A DNA stretch of 64,000 bases from Myxococcota bacterium (GTDB taxonomy: Bacteria > Myxococcota_A > UBA796 > SXON01). The stretch covers positions 64,001 to 128,000 of the forward strand of contig JAZKFH010000017.1 in the NCBI GenBank assembly GCA_040386535.1. The letters run 5' to 3'. The number at the start of each line of letters is the position of its first letter. The stretch's first letter is position 1. The translations under genes were made by a program, and so were the position numbers. The notes beneath the pieces were generated by a model. It did not search any database and was not told the DNA's origin. It worked only from the letters and a program-made list of their open reading frames with translations. Positions 42,641 through 52,690 of the stretch are shown piece by piece.

Positions 42641-43564
42641 TCACAACCCGCGCGATCGCTCCGGCCGCAACGGGATCGTCCCGGCGAGCGCGCGATCGAT
42701 GGTCGCGACGATCCGATCGGCGTCCTCGGGCAGGCGGCCGCCAAGCGGCAGGTAGTTGCTGGCGTGGTTGGTGCGGAACACCGCGTTCGTCGGGCGCGCC
42801 TCGGCCACGAGCGTACGCAGCTCGCCGAGCAGCCCGTCCACGCCCGGCAACGTGAAGCCGATCCGCTCGGCGGTGCGGGCGAGCGGCGTGCCGGGCACCA
42901 GCGTGAGCGTGAGCGCGGAGAGGTAGTCCGGGTCCATCGCCGTCGCGAGCCGCGCGCTGCCGTGCGCGTGTTCGGCCGACCGCTCGACCCCGCCGGCCCC
43001 GAGCAGGAAGATCGCCGAGAGCCGCAGCCCCGCCGCGCGCGCCTTCTTCGCGGCGGCCACGTGGGCGTCGAACAGGTAGTCGCTGTCTCGGGGGGCCAGG
43101 GTGCCGGCGTTGTCGATCGGGCGGGCGCCCTTGGCGATGCGCCGCATCGTGAGCTCGTCGCCGCTCTCCGGCCCGATGTAGAGCAGCGTCAGCCCGTGCG
43201 CGCGCAGGGTGCGCAGCTCCTCGTCGGACTTGGCGAGGATGTTGGCCGCCGTCGCGTAGCAGCTCACCTGGCCGAGCGCTGGGAACAGCCGCCGCGCGGT
43301 GTCGAGGATGGGCAGCCAGTGGTCGAGATCGAGCACCAGCGCGTCGCCGTCGGCCACGAACACCTTCTCCACGTCCCCGCCGAACCGCGCGGCGGCGAGC
43401 GCCAGGTCCTCCAGCGTCTCCGCGAGCGGCCGCACCCGAAACACCGGCTTGTCCCGGTACATGTCACAGTACGTGCAGTTGTTCCACGAGCAGCCGATCG
43501 TCGCCTGGACGATGTAGCTCCGCGCCTCGGAGGGCGGACGGTAGATCTTGCCGACGTAGCGCAT
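42641..43564 (-). CDS. Radical SAM protein
   Basis: YRPPSEA, GCSWNNCTYC (CxxxCxxC), ADGDAL and NHASNY motifs. Confidence 0.92.
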   Translation of the reverse strand: MRYVGKIYRPPSEARSYIVQATIGCSWNNCTYCDMYRDKPVFRVRPLAETLEDLALAAARFGGDVEKVFVADGDALVLDLDHWLPILDTARRLFPALGQVSCYATAANILAKSDEELRTLRAHGLTLLYIGPESGDELTMRRIAKGARPIDNAGTLAPRDSDYLFDAHVAAAKKARAAGLRLSAIFLLGAGGVERSAEHAHGSARLATAMDPDYLSALTLTLVPGTPLARTAERIGFTLPGVDGLLGELRTLVAEARPTNAVFRTNHASNYLPLGGRLPEDADRIVATIDRALAGTIPLRPERSRGL

Positions 43565-43611
43565 GGCGAACCGTAGCCGCGCCCCGCCCCCAAAGCGAAC
43601 AGGGCCCCTCC

Positions 43612-44271
43612 CTACGAAGGCGCTGCTCCTCGGCAGACGGCCGCCTCCGACTCCAAACGCTCGGCCAGGGGCACGTCTTCCAGCGCCCGTGCCAGCTCGG
43701 CGCGCGCGGAGAGCGCCTCCGCGCGGTCGAGCGGGGACTCGTCTCCCACGCGCGCGAGCGCAGTGTCGAGGGCCTTGGCGGCGGCGAGGTCGTCGTTGTG
43801 GAAGTCGCGCAGCCGGGCGGCGAGCCGGATGGCGCGTTGCAGCGGGGTGAGGCTCGGGTCCTTGTAGGCCTGGGCGTCCTCTTCGTCCTGAGCGCCGTAC
43901 TTGATGAAGATGACGGAGTTGCCGTTCGGGTCGGTGAGCGTGAAGCGCGACTGACCGGGCCGCATGCGCGAGATCCGCGGGAGACCCTTGGCAGGCGAAC
44001 GACCCAGCGCCTGGCGAAGGCGCTCCGCGAATTCGGCGTGCAGGTTCTCGACCTCGGGCATCATCACGAGGCAGGTGCTGAACGCCGCGGCGGGATCCAG
44101 CCCCTTCATGCCGAAGAAGTGCAGCTCGTACCCGTCTCGCGCCACCACGCCGTAGGCGCTGGGTGCCTTCTGGCGGTACGTGACCACGAAGCCGAGGGCC
44201 ACCCACAACGCAAGGGTGTCGTCGAGCGAAACGCAGGGGAGCGCCGGGATGGTCTTGGGGGCGGAATGCAT
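43612..44271 (-). CDS. Glyoxalase/VOC-like protein with a helical tail
   Basis: TIPALPC..ALGF, ELHFF and FTLTDPNGN motifs. Confidence 0.75.
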   Translation of the reverse strand: MHSAPKTIPALPCVSLDDTLALWVALGFVVTYRQKAPSAYGVVARDGYELHFFGMKGLDPAAAFSTCLVMMPEVENLHAEFAERLRQALGRSPAKGLPRISRMRPGQSRFTLTDPNGNSVIFIKYGAQDEEDAQAYKDPSLTPLQRAIRLAARLRDFHNDDLAAAKALDTALARVGDESPLDRAEALSARAELARALEDVPLAERLESEAAVCRGAAPS

Positions 44272-44348
44272 GAGCCGGTGTATGACGGGAGCCCCGCCGA
44301 GGTAGCGCATCTCGCCCCCTCCGGTGTCTCACCCGCCGAGGATCCACC

Positions 44349-45068
44349 ATGCACCGCGCCCATCTCATCGTCACCGCGTCCATACTCGCCCTCACCGCCT
44401 GCGCCGCCCCCACCGAGGTCGAAGAGGGCGAGGAGTCGGTCACGGACGCCGTCTCGGGCGTCACGGTCGACGGCGGCGCGGGCGACCTGCGCGTCACCGG
44501 CTCGTCCACGGCCACCGGGGCCGAGCTGCGCTGGCGCATGACGTGGTCGAACGAGCGCCCCACGCTGACACAAGCGCAACAGGACGGCGTGTGGGTGATC
44601 CGCACCGACTGCCCGATCCAGCTCGTGTGCCTCATCGATCTCGACCTCACCGTGCCCGCCGCGGTCGACGCGGTGCTCGCGGTCGGCTCCGGCGACACGG
44701 TCGTGCGCGATCTCTCCGGCCGGGTGGACCTCTCCGCCGGCAGCGGCGACATGCTGCTCGACGCGCTCTCGGGCCAGGCCCACGTCGACATCGGCTCGGG
44801 CGACCTCACCGGGACCGCGCTCGTCGCCCCCCTCACCGTGCTCGTGGGCTCCGGCGACCTCGACCTCGCGTTCGACGCGCCCGCCGAGGTCGACCTCGCC
44901 GCCGGCTCCGGCGACATCGGCCTCACCGTGCCCGCGGGCGCCTACGCCGTGTCGGTCGAGACGGGCTCCGGCGACGTGTCGGTGTCCGGCATCGAGGACA
45001 CCGCGGGCGGCGTCGCGCTGATCGTGCAGACCGGGTCGGGAGACGTGACGATCGGCGCCACGCCGTGA
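44349..45068 (+). CDS. DUF4097-like beta-strand-repeat lipoprotein
   Basis: ALTAC lipobox; repeated GSGD motifs. Confidence 0.85.
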   Translation: MHRAHLIVTASILALTACAAPTEVEEGEESVTDAVSGVTVDGGAGDLRVTGSSTATGAELRWRMTWSNERPTLTQAQQDGVWVIRTDCPIQLVCLIDLDLTVPAAVDAVLAVGSGDTVVRDLSGRVDLSAGSGDMLLDALSGQAHVDIGSGDLTGTALVAPLTVLVGSGDLDLAFDAPAEVDLAAGSGDIGLTVPAGAYAVSVETGSGDVSVSGIEDTAGGVALIVQTGSGDVTIGATP

Positions 45069-45154
45069 TCCTGGCGTGACGAGGGCGCCGTGCCCCCGAC
45101 GCCCGGCGGGCCCGCCGCGATAGCAGGCCCGCACGCCCCACCCGGATTGAATCG

Positions 45155-45733
45155 ATGTCGACCAACAAGACCTCCCCCGACGAGCCCACCGCGGAGGATC
45201 CGGCGGGCCTGTCGGGCGAGGCGGCGCCCGAAGAGCGCGCCAAGCGCCTCGTGCGCAGCGAACATCGCGCGGCGATGATGGATCTCAAAGCCCTCGGGAA
45301 CCGCCTCGCGAAGCTGCCGCAGAGCCGCCGGCGCACCCTGCCGCTCGACGAGCGGCTCCAGGACGAGCTCGATCAGCTCGCCGCCGCCGGCCAGATGCAG
45401 CACCGCCGCCGCCTGCTGATGCGGGTCAAGCTGATGCTCGGCTCGGTCGACCTCGACCGGCTCGCCGCCGTGCTCGGGGGCGACACCGACCAGGCCGCGC
45501 TCGAGCGCGTGATGCAGCACTGGCGCACCCGCATCCTCGCGGGTGACGACGCCGTGCTCCAGGCCTTCATCGAGGCCTACCCGGCCGCCGATCGCCAGGC
45601 CCTGCGCACCGCGGTCCGCGATTCGCGGCGCGAGGGCCCCGCGGCGGCGCGGGCGTCCTATCGCCTGCTGCAGCTCCTCCGCGAAGCCGCGGCCGTGGTA
45701 CCCGAGCCGGATCCGCCGCCCGACGCCGAGTGA
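45155..45733 (+). CDS. Ribosome-associated protein YjgA/DarP-like (DUF615)
   Basis: LKALG..L, RRRLL..V.K..L, HWRTRIL..DD..YP.ADRQ.LR and YRLLQLL motifs. Confidence 0.8.
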   Translation: MSTNKTSPDEPTAEDPAGLSGEAAPEERAKRLVRSEHRAAMMDLKALGNRLAKLPQSRRRTLPLDERLQDELDQLAAAGQMQHRRRLLMRVKLMLGSVDLDRLAAVLGGDTDQAALERVMQHWRTRILAGDDAVLQAFIEAYPAADRQALRTAVRDSRREGPAAARASYRLLQLLREAAAVVPEPDPPPDAE

Positions 45734-45846
45734 GCGGCCGAGGGCGCGATCGCACCGCCGGGTGGTAGCCGCCACGCCAACGGTGTTTATCCACGCCTGC
45801 CCGCGTCCCCGCGCGGAGCCGCCCCCTCCTCTCCCCGGAGTCCCCG

Positions 45847-46449
45847 ATGAAGCTCTATCTCTCCCCCGGCGCCTGCTCGCTCTCCCCCCACATCGTCCTG
45901 CACGAGGCGGGCCTCGCGCACGACACCGAGAAGGTCGATCTGCGCGCGAAGACCACCTCGAGCGGCGCCAACTTCAAGGAGATCAACCCGAAGGGCCAGG
46001 TCCCCACGCTCCAGCTCGACGACGGCGAGATCCTCACCGAGGGCGCCGTGATCGTGCAGTACCTGGCCGACCTCGCGCCGGGCACCGATCTGGCGCCCCC
46101 CGCCGGCACGCGCGAGCGCTACCGCCTCCAGGAGTGGCTCAACTACATCGCCGCCGAGGTGCACAAGTCCTACTCGCCCCTGTTCCGCCCCCTCACGGAC
46201 GAGCAGGGCGCCGCCGCCCGCGCGCACATCCTCACGCGCGTCGCCCACATCGACACGGTGCTGGCCGACCGCACGTGGCTCATGGGTGACACGTTCACGG
46301 TGGCCGACGCGTACCTCTTCACGGTGCTCAATTGGAGCCGCATGGCGAAGGTCGACCTGTCGCCCTACGCCAACGTCACCGCCTACCAGGGCCGCGTGGC
46401 GGAGCGCCCCAGCGTCCAGAAGGCCATGGTAGCGGAAGGGCTCGCGTAG
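45847..46449 (+). CDS. gstA: Glutathione transferase GstA (beta class)
   Basis: MKLYLSPGACSLSPHIVL.E, INPKGQVP, EVHK and FTVADAYLFTV motifs. Confidence 0.95.
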   Translation: MKLYLSPGACSLSPHIVLHEAGLAHDTEKVDLRAKTTSSGANFKEINPKGQVPTLQLDDGEILTEGAVIVQYLADLAPGTDLAPPAGTRERYRLQEWLNYIAAEVHKSYSPLFRPLTDEQGAAARAHILTRVAHIDTVLADRTWLMGDTFTVADAYLFTVLNWSRMAKVDLSPYANVTAYQGRVAERPSVQKAMVAEGLA

Positions 46450-46469
46450 GACCGGATCGGTCGATTCGG

Positions 46470-46612
46470 GGCGGCCCGGCGGCCGCGGACGGCCGCCGTC
46501 GGCACGCTCCGGGCTCGGCATCCTGCCTCGGTCCGCCGGCGCGCGGCGCGCCGGCGGGACCGGCCGGGCAGGGCCCGGCCGCCCTGCGCGCGCCTGCCGC
46601 GGGGCAGCGGCC
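46470..46612. repeat. GC-rich palindrome cluster between convergent genes (REP-like)
   Basis: ggccgcggacggccgccg at 46481-46498 recurs inverted (17/18) at 62812-62829; related motifs near 55505-55540. Confidence 0.55.
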
Positions 46613-46614
46613 TG

Positions 46615-48234
46615 TCACCACCCGTAGGCGTACAACGTCCCCGCGATCCGCCCCTCCACGGCGTCCCCGGCGGCGCTCCCCGCCACATCCAACGTCACGC
46701 TCCCCTCCGCCACGTAGGCCGCGAGCGTCGGCTCCGACGTGCCGTCCGAGGCGAGCAGGACCCCCACCACGTCGACAAAGTCGAAGGGGATCGTGCCGGG
46801 CGCCAGCTGGTCGACCGGAAACCAGGCGTAGGTGACGAACGTGCCGCCGTCGGCCGTCGACGCGCCGGCCGCGAGGATCGCCGTCTCGCCCTGGGCGCCC
46901 GCCACCGCGCCCGCGGGGGTGACCGGCACGGCCTCGCCGTCCCACGTGAGCGCCATCGTCATGGCCCCGGTGGTCCACGGGGTCTGGTCGAGCGTGCCCC
47001 AGGTGGTGGCGAAGGTCGTCGCGATCGTGCCACGCTCGACGAAGCAGGGCGGATCGCGGAGGGCGCCGGTCCAGCCCGTCGGGTCCGCATCCAACGCCGC
47101 GCGGAGCGTGTCCTCGCGGCCCGACACGATGCTTCGGAGCGCGCGCACGTCGGTGCGGAAGGCCTCTCCCTGCCAGGGCTCGGCGAGGCTGGCCAGGCGG
47201 CCCACCTCGGCGCCCCGCTCGTCGCCCTCCCACACCTCGTCGAGCAGCGTCTCGAGGCGCGCGCGGTAGGCCTCCTCCCCGCCGGGCGCCAGCAGGACGG
47301 CTTGTGCGAGCGCCGAGTTGGCCGCCACCCAGCCCGCGCCGAAGGGTTCCTCCCGATCCAGCACGGCGTCGGCGCCCCACGGGATGAACCGGATCCGGCC
47401 CGTCGCGGGGTCGTCGTAGACGAAGAAGTTGTTGGTGTTCGCATCGTAGCCGTCCCACTGGCCCACGATCACCTCGGCGGCCCAATAGGAAAGGTAGGCG
47501 TCGAGGTCCACCACGGCGGCGATGGCGTCGAGATCGCCGCTCTCGATGGCCTCCCGCACACGATCGAGGGCGGTCACGTCGGAGGTGTCCGTCTTCGCGT
47601 CGAAGGTGGTGCTCCATCCGTCCCGGAAATCGCTCAGCGTGCCCTCGAAGAGGCCCCCGTCCGGCGAGAGGCCCTGCCGTGACAGGAACGCCTCGTCGAC
47701 CGGCTCCACGTTGGCGTACACGCCGAGATCCTCGCCGTTCACCGTCACGTGGGCGAGCGTGCAGCGCGGGGCCGGCACCCCCGCCGCGGTGTAGGTCCCG
47801 TATGCGAGGCAGGTGCGCAGCCCGGTGGGGTCCTCGTGCCCGTTGTTGAGCGTGAGCCGGGTGACACCGCCCAGGTTCGTGTCACTCCCAAACCGGCCGA
47901 GGTCGACCTTGAGCGACGGGCGCACCGTGTCGAGCGAGCCGAGGAACCCCTTCTTGCGCACACCCACCGAGCCGAGCGCGACGCCATCCACCGTCGCCTC
48001 GCCCACGAACCAGTCGAACGGGCTGTCGAAGGGCTGCGCGAGACAATCGCCGTTGTACGTGTCCCAGACGCTGCGGGTCTGGTGGCGGAGCGCCTCCCAC
48101 TCCGCCGCGGGAAGCGTCAGCACCACGTCCAACACGCGCGTGTCGTCGTAGACCGAGGGGCTGCTGTCCTCGGGCACGGTGTCCCCAGGGGCGTCTCCGC
48201 CTCCGGGGGCACAACCGAGGAGCAGCAGCAACAC
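46615..48234 (-). CDS. CotH-family kinase-like lipoprotein
   Basis: MLLLLLGC signal; VGVRKKG, SLKVD, LNN..D, GVPAPR, GVY.NVE, WDGY..NNF and FIPW motifs. Confidence 0.88.
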   Translation of the reverse strand: MLLLLLGCAPGGGDAPGDTVPEDSSPSVYDDTRVLDVVLTLPAAEWEALRHQTRSVWDTYNGDCLAQPFDSPFDWFVGEATVDGVALGSVGVRKKGFLGSLDTVRPSLKVDLGRFGSDTNLGGVTRLTLNNGHEDPTGLRTCLAYGTYTAAGVPAPRCTLAHVTVNGEDLGVYANVEPVDEAFLSRQGLSPDGGLFEGTLSDFRDGWSTTFDAKTDTSDVTALDRVREAIESGDLDAIAAVVDLDAYLSYWAAEVIVGQWDGYDANTNNFFVYDDPATGRIRFIPWGADAVLDREEPFGAGWVAANSALAQAVLLAPGGEEAYRARLETLLDEVWEGDERGAEVGRLASLAEPWQGEAFRTDVRALRSIVSGREDTLRAALDADPTGWTGALRDPPCFVERGTIATTFATTWGTLDQTPWTTGAMTMALTWDGEAVPVTPAGAVAGAQGETAILAAGASTADGGTFVTYAWFPVDQLAPGTIPFDFVDVVGVLLASDGTSEPTLAAYVAEGSVTLDVAGSAAGDAVEGRIAGTLYAYGW

Positions 48235-48240
48235 GCGGGC

Positions 48241-49335
48241 CTACGGGACGGTGACGAACGTGGTGTCGAGGGTCACCGCGCCGACGCTGGCGAGCAGCCG
48301 GCCGTCGACCGTGACGCCCGTCCCCGTCGTGATGGACTGATCCGCCAGGATGGTGCCGACAAAATCGGTGCCCGTCCCGAGCGTGGCCGACGTCCCGACC
48401 TGCCAGTACACGTTGGCGCCGTCCGCACATCCGGACAGGATCAGGTCCGCGCCCGAGCTCGTGGTCAGCGCGGTGCCCACCTGGAAGATCCAGGTGGAAT
48501 TGGGATCCCCACCCCCGTCGAGCGTCAGGTTCGCGGAGGTGATCTGGAGGGTGGTGGTCGCCGAGTAGATTCCGGGCGCGAGCGTCAGCCCGCTGATGTC
48601 GGCGGGAAGCGGGGTGGCACCCGCGCGCGTGGCCGCGTCGGTGTAGGCGGCGGAGAGGTCGGCCTTGGCGTCGGCGGCGGTCGCGTCGGAGATGAGCGTG
48701 ACACCCACGACGAGGCCCGGCGGGAAGCCCGTGACCGAGGTTCCGGGGCTAAGCCCGAGGTCGCCGGTGACGATCGTTGCCCCGGTGTTCGTCACCGTCG
48801 AGCCGGCGAGCACCGCGAAGTCGGCGGCGGTGAGCAGCTCCAGGCCCATGGCGTCCGGGGTACCGCTCAGGCACTCTCCGGTGTCCGCGCCGGTGTCGAT
48901 GTCGGTATCGGTGTCCGTGTCCGTATCGGTGTCCGCATCCGTATCGGTGTCCGTGTCCGTGTCCGTGTCCGTGTCCGTGTCCGTATCGGTGTCGGTGTCG
49001 GTATCGGTATCGGTATCGGCATCGGTATCGGTATCGGTATCGGTGTCGGTGTCGGTGTCGGTGTCGGTATCGGTGTCCGTATCGGTATCCGTCTCGGTGT
49101 CGCCCGAGTCAGCGCCCGTGTCCGTGTCGGTGGGCGAGCCGTCGATGTCGGTGTCGTACGTGCTGCCGGTGTCGGTCGCGGTGAAGTAGGACGCGGCCAC
49201 GGCGCCGAGGCGTTGGTCGCTCACCACCACGCCCGACGGGGAGCCGGTATCCGCGGCGGGCTCGTCGAACTTCGGGGAGCAGGCAGCGAGCAGGGCGACC
49301 AGGACCAGCGGCGAGACGATCTGCACGCGGTACAT
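48241..49335 (-). CDS. Ice-binding-like (DUF3494) lipoprotein with a long (Asp-Thr)n linker
   Basis: LLAAC lipobox; FAVLAGSTVTNTG, GDLGLSPG, LAPGIY, WIFQ, NVYWQVGTSATLG and GRLLA motifs. Confidence 0.92.
   Translation of the reverse strand: MYRVQIVSPLVLVALLAACSPKFDEPAADTGSPSGVVVSDQRLGAVAASYFTATDTGSTYDTDIDGSPTDTDTGADSGDTETDTDTDTDTDTDTDTDTDTDTDTDADTDTDTDTDTDTDTDTDTDTDTDTDTDADTDTDTDTDTDIDTGADTGECLSGTPDAMGLELLTAADFAVLAGSTVTNTGATIVTGDLGLSPGTSVTGFPPGLVVGVTLISDATAADAKADLSAAYTDAATRAGATPLPADISGLTLAPGIYSATTTLQITSANLTLDGGGDPNSTWIFQVGTALTTSSGADLILSGCADGANVYWQVGTSATLGTGTDFVGTILADQSITTGTGVTVDGRLLASVGAVTLDTTFVTVP
48890..49102. repeat. Hexanucleotide coding repeat (Asp-Thr), ~70 aa
   Basis: Blocks of gtgtcg, gtatcg and gtgtcc units. 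Confidence 0.95.
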
Positions 49336-49685
49336 GTCACCGCGGACTGACGACGATGCCGAGGCTTGGCGGATCGAGATGCTCATATGACTGCTCCTGT
49401 CAAAGTACAGCAGGTACGCCATGTGCCGCTCAGTTGCGGCGCGATTTGGACGTTCCCGGTCTGTCTCTTCTCCGGACCTAAGCAAGCCACGAGAACGCCG
49501 CCACTGACGACGATCGGGGCCCGCACAAATGGTCACACCCCACGGCATCGTGCCCGCCGAGATCGTAGGGTGTCCGCTCCCACGATTCGGCTCGCCCTCA
49601 CCCTTGTTTCTCACCGTTGGTAACATCCGCAGACATCCATCGTCGTGAGAGAGGTTAGGCTCAATGACCGCGTCCTGGACACCGA

Positions 49686-50885
49686 ATGCTTCTTTTTCAA
49701 CTCGCAGCCTGCTCGGCCCCGCCGCCGGAACAGGCGGACTCGCCGCCGGCCATGTCCGCTCCCGGGAGCACCGTGGTGGACTGCGCCGGTGCCGGAGACT
49801 TTTCCACCCTCGCCGAGGCCCTCGCCGTCGCTTCCGACGGCGACATCATCGACGTCGCGCCGTGCACCTACACCGAGCAGGTCGACTTCGGCGGCCGCAG
49901 CGTGACGCTCCGCGCCACGTCGCCTTCCCTCGCGCAGGGGGGCCCCGCCGACACCATCATCGATGCGGAAGGCGCGGGCCCGGTCGTCGTCGCACGGAGT
50001 GGCGAAGGGGACGGCACCGCGGTGATCGGGTTCACGCTGACGGGCGGCGTCGAGACCGCCTTCGGCGGCGCGGTGTTCGTCGACCTCTCCTCGATCCGGC
50101 TCGAGGACGTGACCGTCACGGGCAACCGCGGGACGGCGATCCTGTACAGCCACTCCGGCGCCGTCGAGCTGCGTGACGTCACGTTCACGGCCAACAGCGT
50201 GACCGAGGGCGGGGCCGCCATCACCCTCTACCGCGGCACCCTCGACGCGACCGGGGTTGACCTGGGATGTGACGGCGGCGCGTACGGAATGTACTTCGGC
50301 CACGGCACGGCCCTCATCGACGCGTCGAACATCGCGTGCGCGGCTGGCACGCCCGTGTATTGGGACCACGCCACCGGCCGCCTCGAGCGTTCCCGCCTCG
50401 ACGGGCCGGTGGTGGTGATCAACGAGGCGGAGCACGAATTCGACGTGGTGACCATGGAGAACGACATCTTCACCAGCGGCCAGGGGATCTACGTCGAATA
50501 CGGGACCGCTATCCTACGCAACTCGGTGGTCAACGGCCCACTCACCCTCGTCGGTGTCGGCGCCCCGGTGGTCGAGGCCAACGTGTTCCTCGGCGGCCGG
50601 TGCGCCATCGACGCGGACCCCACCACGGAGCCCTTCTCGCCCGCCTACAACAGCTTCTGGGGCGCCACCAGCGAGTCGTGCGACGGCACCGTGTGGTCCG
50701 GGGCCGACGGCAACTTCACGAGTGACCCTCTGTTCACGGACCAGGCCGGGGGCGACTACACCCTGCTCCCGGGGAGCCCCTGCGTCGACGCGGGCCTGCC
50801 CGCCCCCGCCCACACCGACCCCGACGGCACCCGCAACGACATCGGCGCCTACGGCGGCCACAAGTCCATCGGTGGCGGGTGGTGA
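49686..50885 (+). CDS. Right-handed parallel beta-helix lipoprotein
   Basis: LAAC lipobox; DF.T..A..A..GD.I...TY.E and C-terminal DPLF..L..GSP..DAG..D.GAYGG motifs. Confidence 0.85.
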   Translation: MLLFQLAACSAPPPEQADSPPAMSAPGSTVVDCAGAGDFSTLAEALAVASDGDIIDVAPCTYTEQVDFGGRSVTLRATSPSLAQGGPADTIIDAEGAGPVVVARSGEGDGTAVIGFTLTGGVETAFGGAVFVDLSSIRLEDVTVTGNRGTAILYSHSGAVELRDVTFTANSVTEGGAAITLYRGTLDATGVDLGCDGGAYGMYFGHGTALIDASNIACAAGTPVYWDHATGRLERSRLDGPVVVINEAEHEFDVVTMENDIFTSGQGIYVEYGTAILRNSVVNGPLTLVGVGAPVVEANVFLGGRCAIDADPTTEPFSPAYNSFWGATSESCDGTVWSGADGNFTSDPLFTDQAGGDYTLLPGSPCVDAGLPAPAHTDPDGTRNDIGAYGGHKSIGGGW

Positions 50886-52063
50886 CGGCCGCCCTGCTGG
50901 CCCTGTTCGCCTGCGCGGACCAGATCGACACCCCTGACGTGGACACCGGCGCGCCCGACCCGGCTGCAGGGCCGGATTGGGTGGTGGATTGCCAGGGCGG
51001 CGGCGATTTCCGTACCGTCCAGGCCGCGATCGACGCCGCCACCAGCGGCGACAGCATCGCGCTCCAACCCTGCACCTACCCCGAGCGCATCGACTACTCC
51101 GCCAAGGTCCTCGACATCTACGGCGTCGAAGGGTCGGCCGTGACGTTCCTCGACGGCGAGTCGGGGGGCACGGTGGTGCGGGTGGTCTCCGGCGAGAGCC
51201 TCGACACCCGCCTGGCCGGTGTCACCATCCAGGGCGGTCAGAACGCTGGGCAAGGCTCCGCGATCATGGTGTACCAATCGTCCCTCCACCTCGAGGATGT
51301 GGTCCTCACGGGCAACGGGGAGGCCTTCGCGGTGCTCTACGCCGGCGATGCGGTGGTCACCGCCGACGGGCTCACCATCGCCGCGAACGCCACGAGCGCC
51401 GACGGCATGGCGATCTATTCGAGCGGCGGCGGCCTGACCCTCGACCACGCGAGCGTCGACTGTGACGGCGGGCTCTACGGCATCTACCAACACAACGCGG
51501 CCACCATCGACCACTCCTCCTTCCGCTGCGGCGGCGGCGTCGCCTTTTATTCGCACCACGGCGAGCTCCGGGCGCGCCGCTCGTCCTTCGTCGGCGGCAC
51601 CGCCGGGCTCCTCGCCGAGGAGAGCTCCCCCGACGACACGTCCCAGCGCGTCCTGCTCTCCAACATCTTCGCCTCGGGCGCCACCGCCCTCGACATCCGC
51701 CACCTGACGATGGAGCTCACCAACAGCGTCCTGGCCGGCGCCAACGTCGGCCTGAACCTCGTCTCGGTGAACCCGTACTCCTTCCTCTGGAACTCGATCG
51801 TCCTCAACTCGGCCTGTGGCGTCCAGGGCGACGGCGGCTCGTTGACCGTGTACTACACCAACTTCTGGAACAACACGGCCGACACCTGCTCCGTCACGGC
51901 GGACGTTCCCTACGCCGCAGACCCGCTGTTCATCAACTTCCCAGACGATCTCACCCTGGGCGCGGGGAGCCCGATGATCGATGCGGGCGAGCCGACGTGG
52001 TTTGATTTGGATGGGAGTCGGAGTGATGTTGGGGTGTTTGGGGGGCCGGGCGGCAGCTGGTAG
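50882..52063 (+). CDS. Right-handed parallel beta-helix lipoprotein (tandem paralog)
   Basis: GTGA overlap; same N- and C-terminal motifs as the upstream gene. Confidence 0.85.
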   Translation: MTAALLALFACADQIDTPDVDTGAPDPAAGPDWVVDCQGGGDFRTVQAAIDAATSGDSIALQPCTYPERIDYSAKVLDIYGVEGSAVTFLDGESGGTVVRVVSGESLDTRLAGVTIQGGQNAGQGSAIMVYQSSLHLEDVVLTGNGEAFAVLYAGDAVVTADGLTIAANATSADGMAIYSSGGGLTLDHASVDCDGGLYGIYQHNAATIDHSSFRCGGGVAFYSHHGELRARRSSFVGGTAGLLAEESSPDDTSQRVLLSNIFASGATALDIRHLTMELTNSVLAGANVGLNLVSVNPYSFLWNSIVLNSACGVQGDGGSLTVYYTNFWNNTADTCSVTADVPYAADPLFINFPDDLTLGAGSPMIDAGEPTWFDLDGSRSDVGVFGGPGGSW

Positions 52064-52129
52064 CGAATAACCAACGGTCGCCCGCACTTTCAGTGATTTG
52101 CCTCCGGAGGCGCGCGCGCCCGTGTGCAT

Positions 52130-52500
52130 GGCGACAATCCCCTGGGGGAGGTCGTCGTCGGGGCGCGCGCCTCGCGTCGGTCCTCGGGATAGCCGGCGAA
52201 GATGGCTGACCGTCGCGACGGCCGCCCACGAGCGCTTCGCGATCGCCCTTCTCGTCCGTCGCGACGCAGACCGCGCCGCCTTCGGCGACCGTGATGCTCG
52301 CGTACGCCACCGCGTAGGTGTCCGCGCCCGCGAGGTCGACGGCCACGTCGTAGCCCTTATCGGCCGTGAACAGCTCGGCCGCGAGCAGCTCGATGTCGTA
52401 CTTCGCGTTGTCGGCCGCCAGAGAGGGTCCCCGCGAGGTCCGCGTCCGCCGCGGGGAGCGCGGAGATCGTGGCTGCGCCGTGCAGCGTCGGGAGCGGTCC
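52130..52500 (-). pseudogene. Possible gene fragment
   Basis: Protein-like segments (LPAADADLAGT and LAADNAKYDIELLAAELF..VAVDLAG) in shifting frames. Confidence 0.3.
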
Positions 52501-52690
52501 AGAACCGAGGGCGGTCGGCGAACGAGGGCAGAGGGGCAGAACGGCGCAAGATGGGCGGTGCGGAGCGATTCTGCGACGGGTCGACGGACCTACCATGGGG
52601 TTGCCCGGGCTCACACCGCAACCGCCTGTCGGGCGGAACGGGGACGCGTGCACGTTGCCGAACCCGCAGGCATGGTCTACAAACGCGCGG

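Noticed and set aside
48665..49189. (Ser-Val)n, (His-Arg)n and (Cys-Arg/Pro)n ORFs
   Set aside because: Alternative frames of the Asp-Thr repeats; the same applies at ~2.2 kb and ~23.0 kb
49340..49685. Riboswitch in the A/T-richer divergent intergenic region
   Set aside because: No recognisable aptamer consensus; an Rfam scan would be needed
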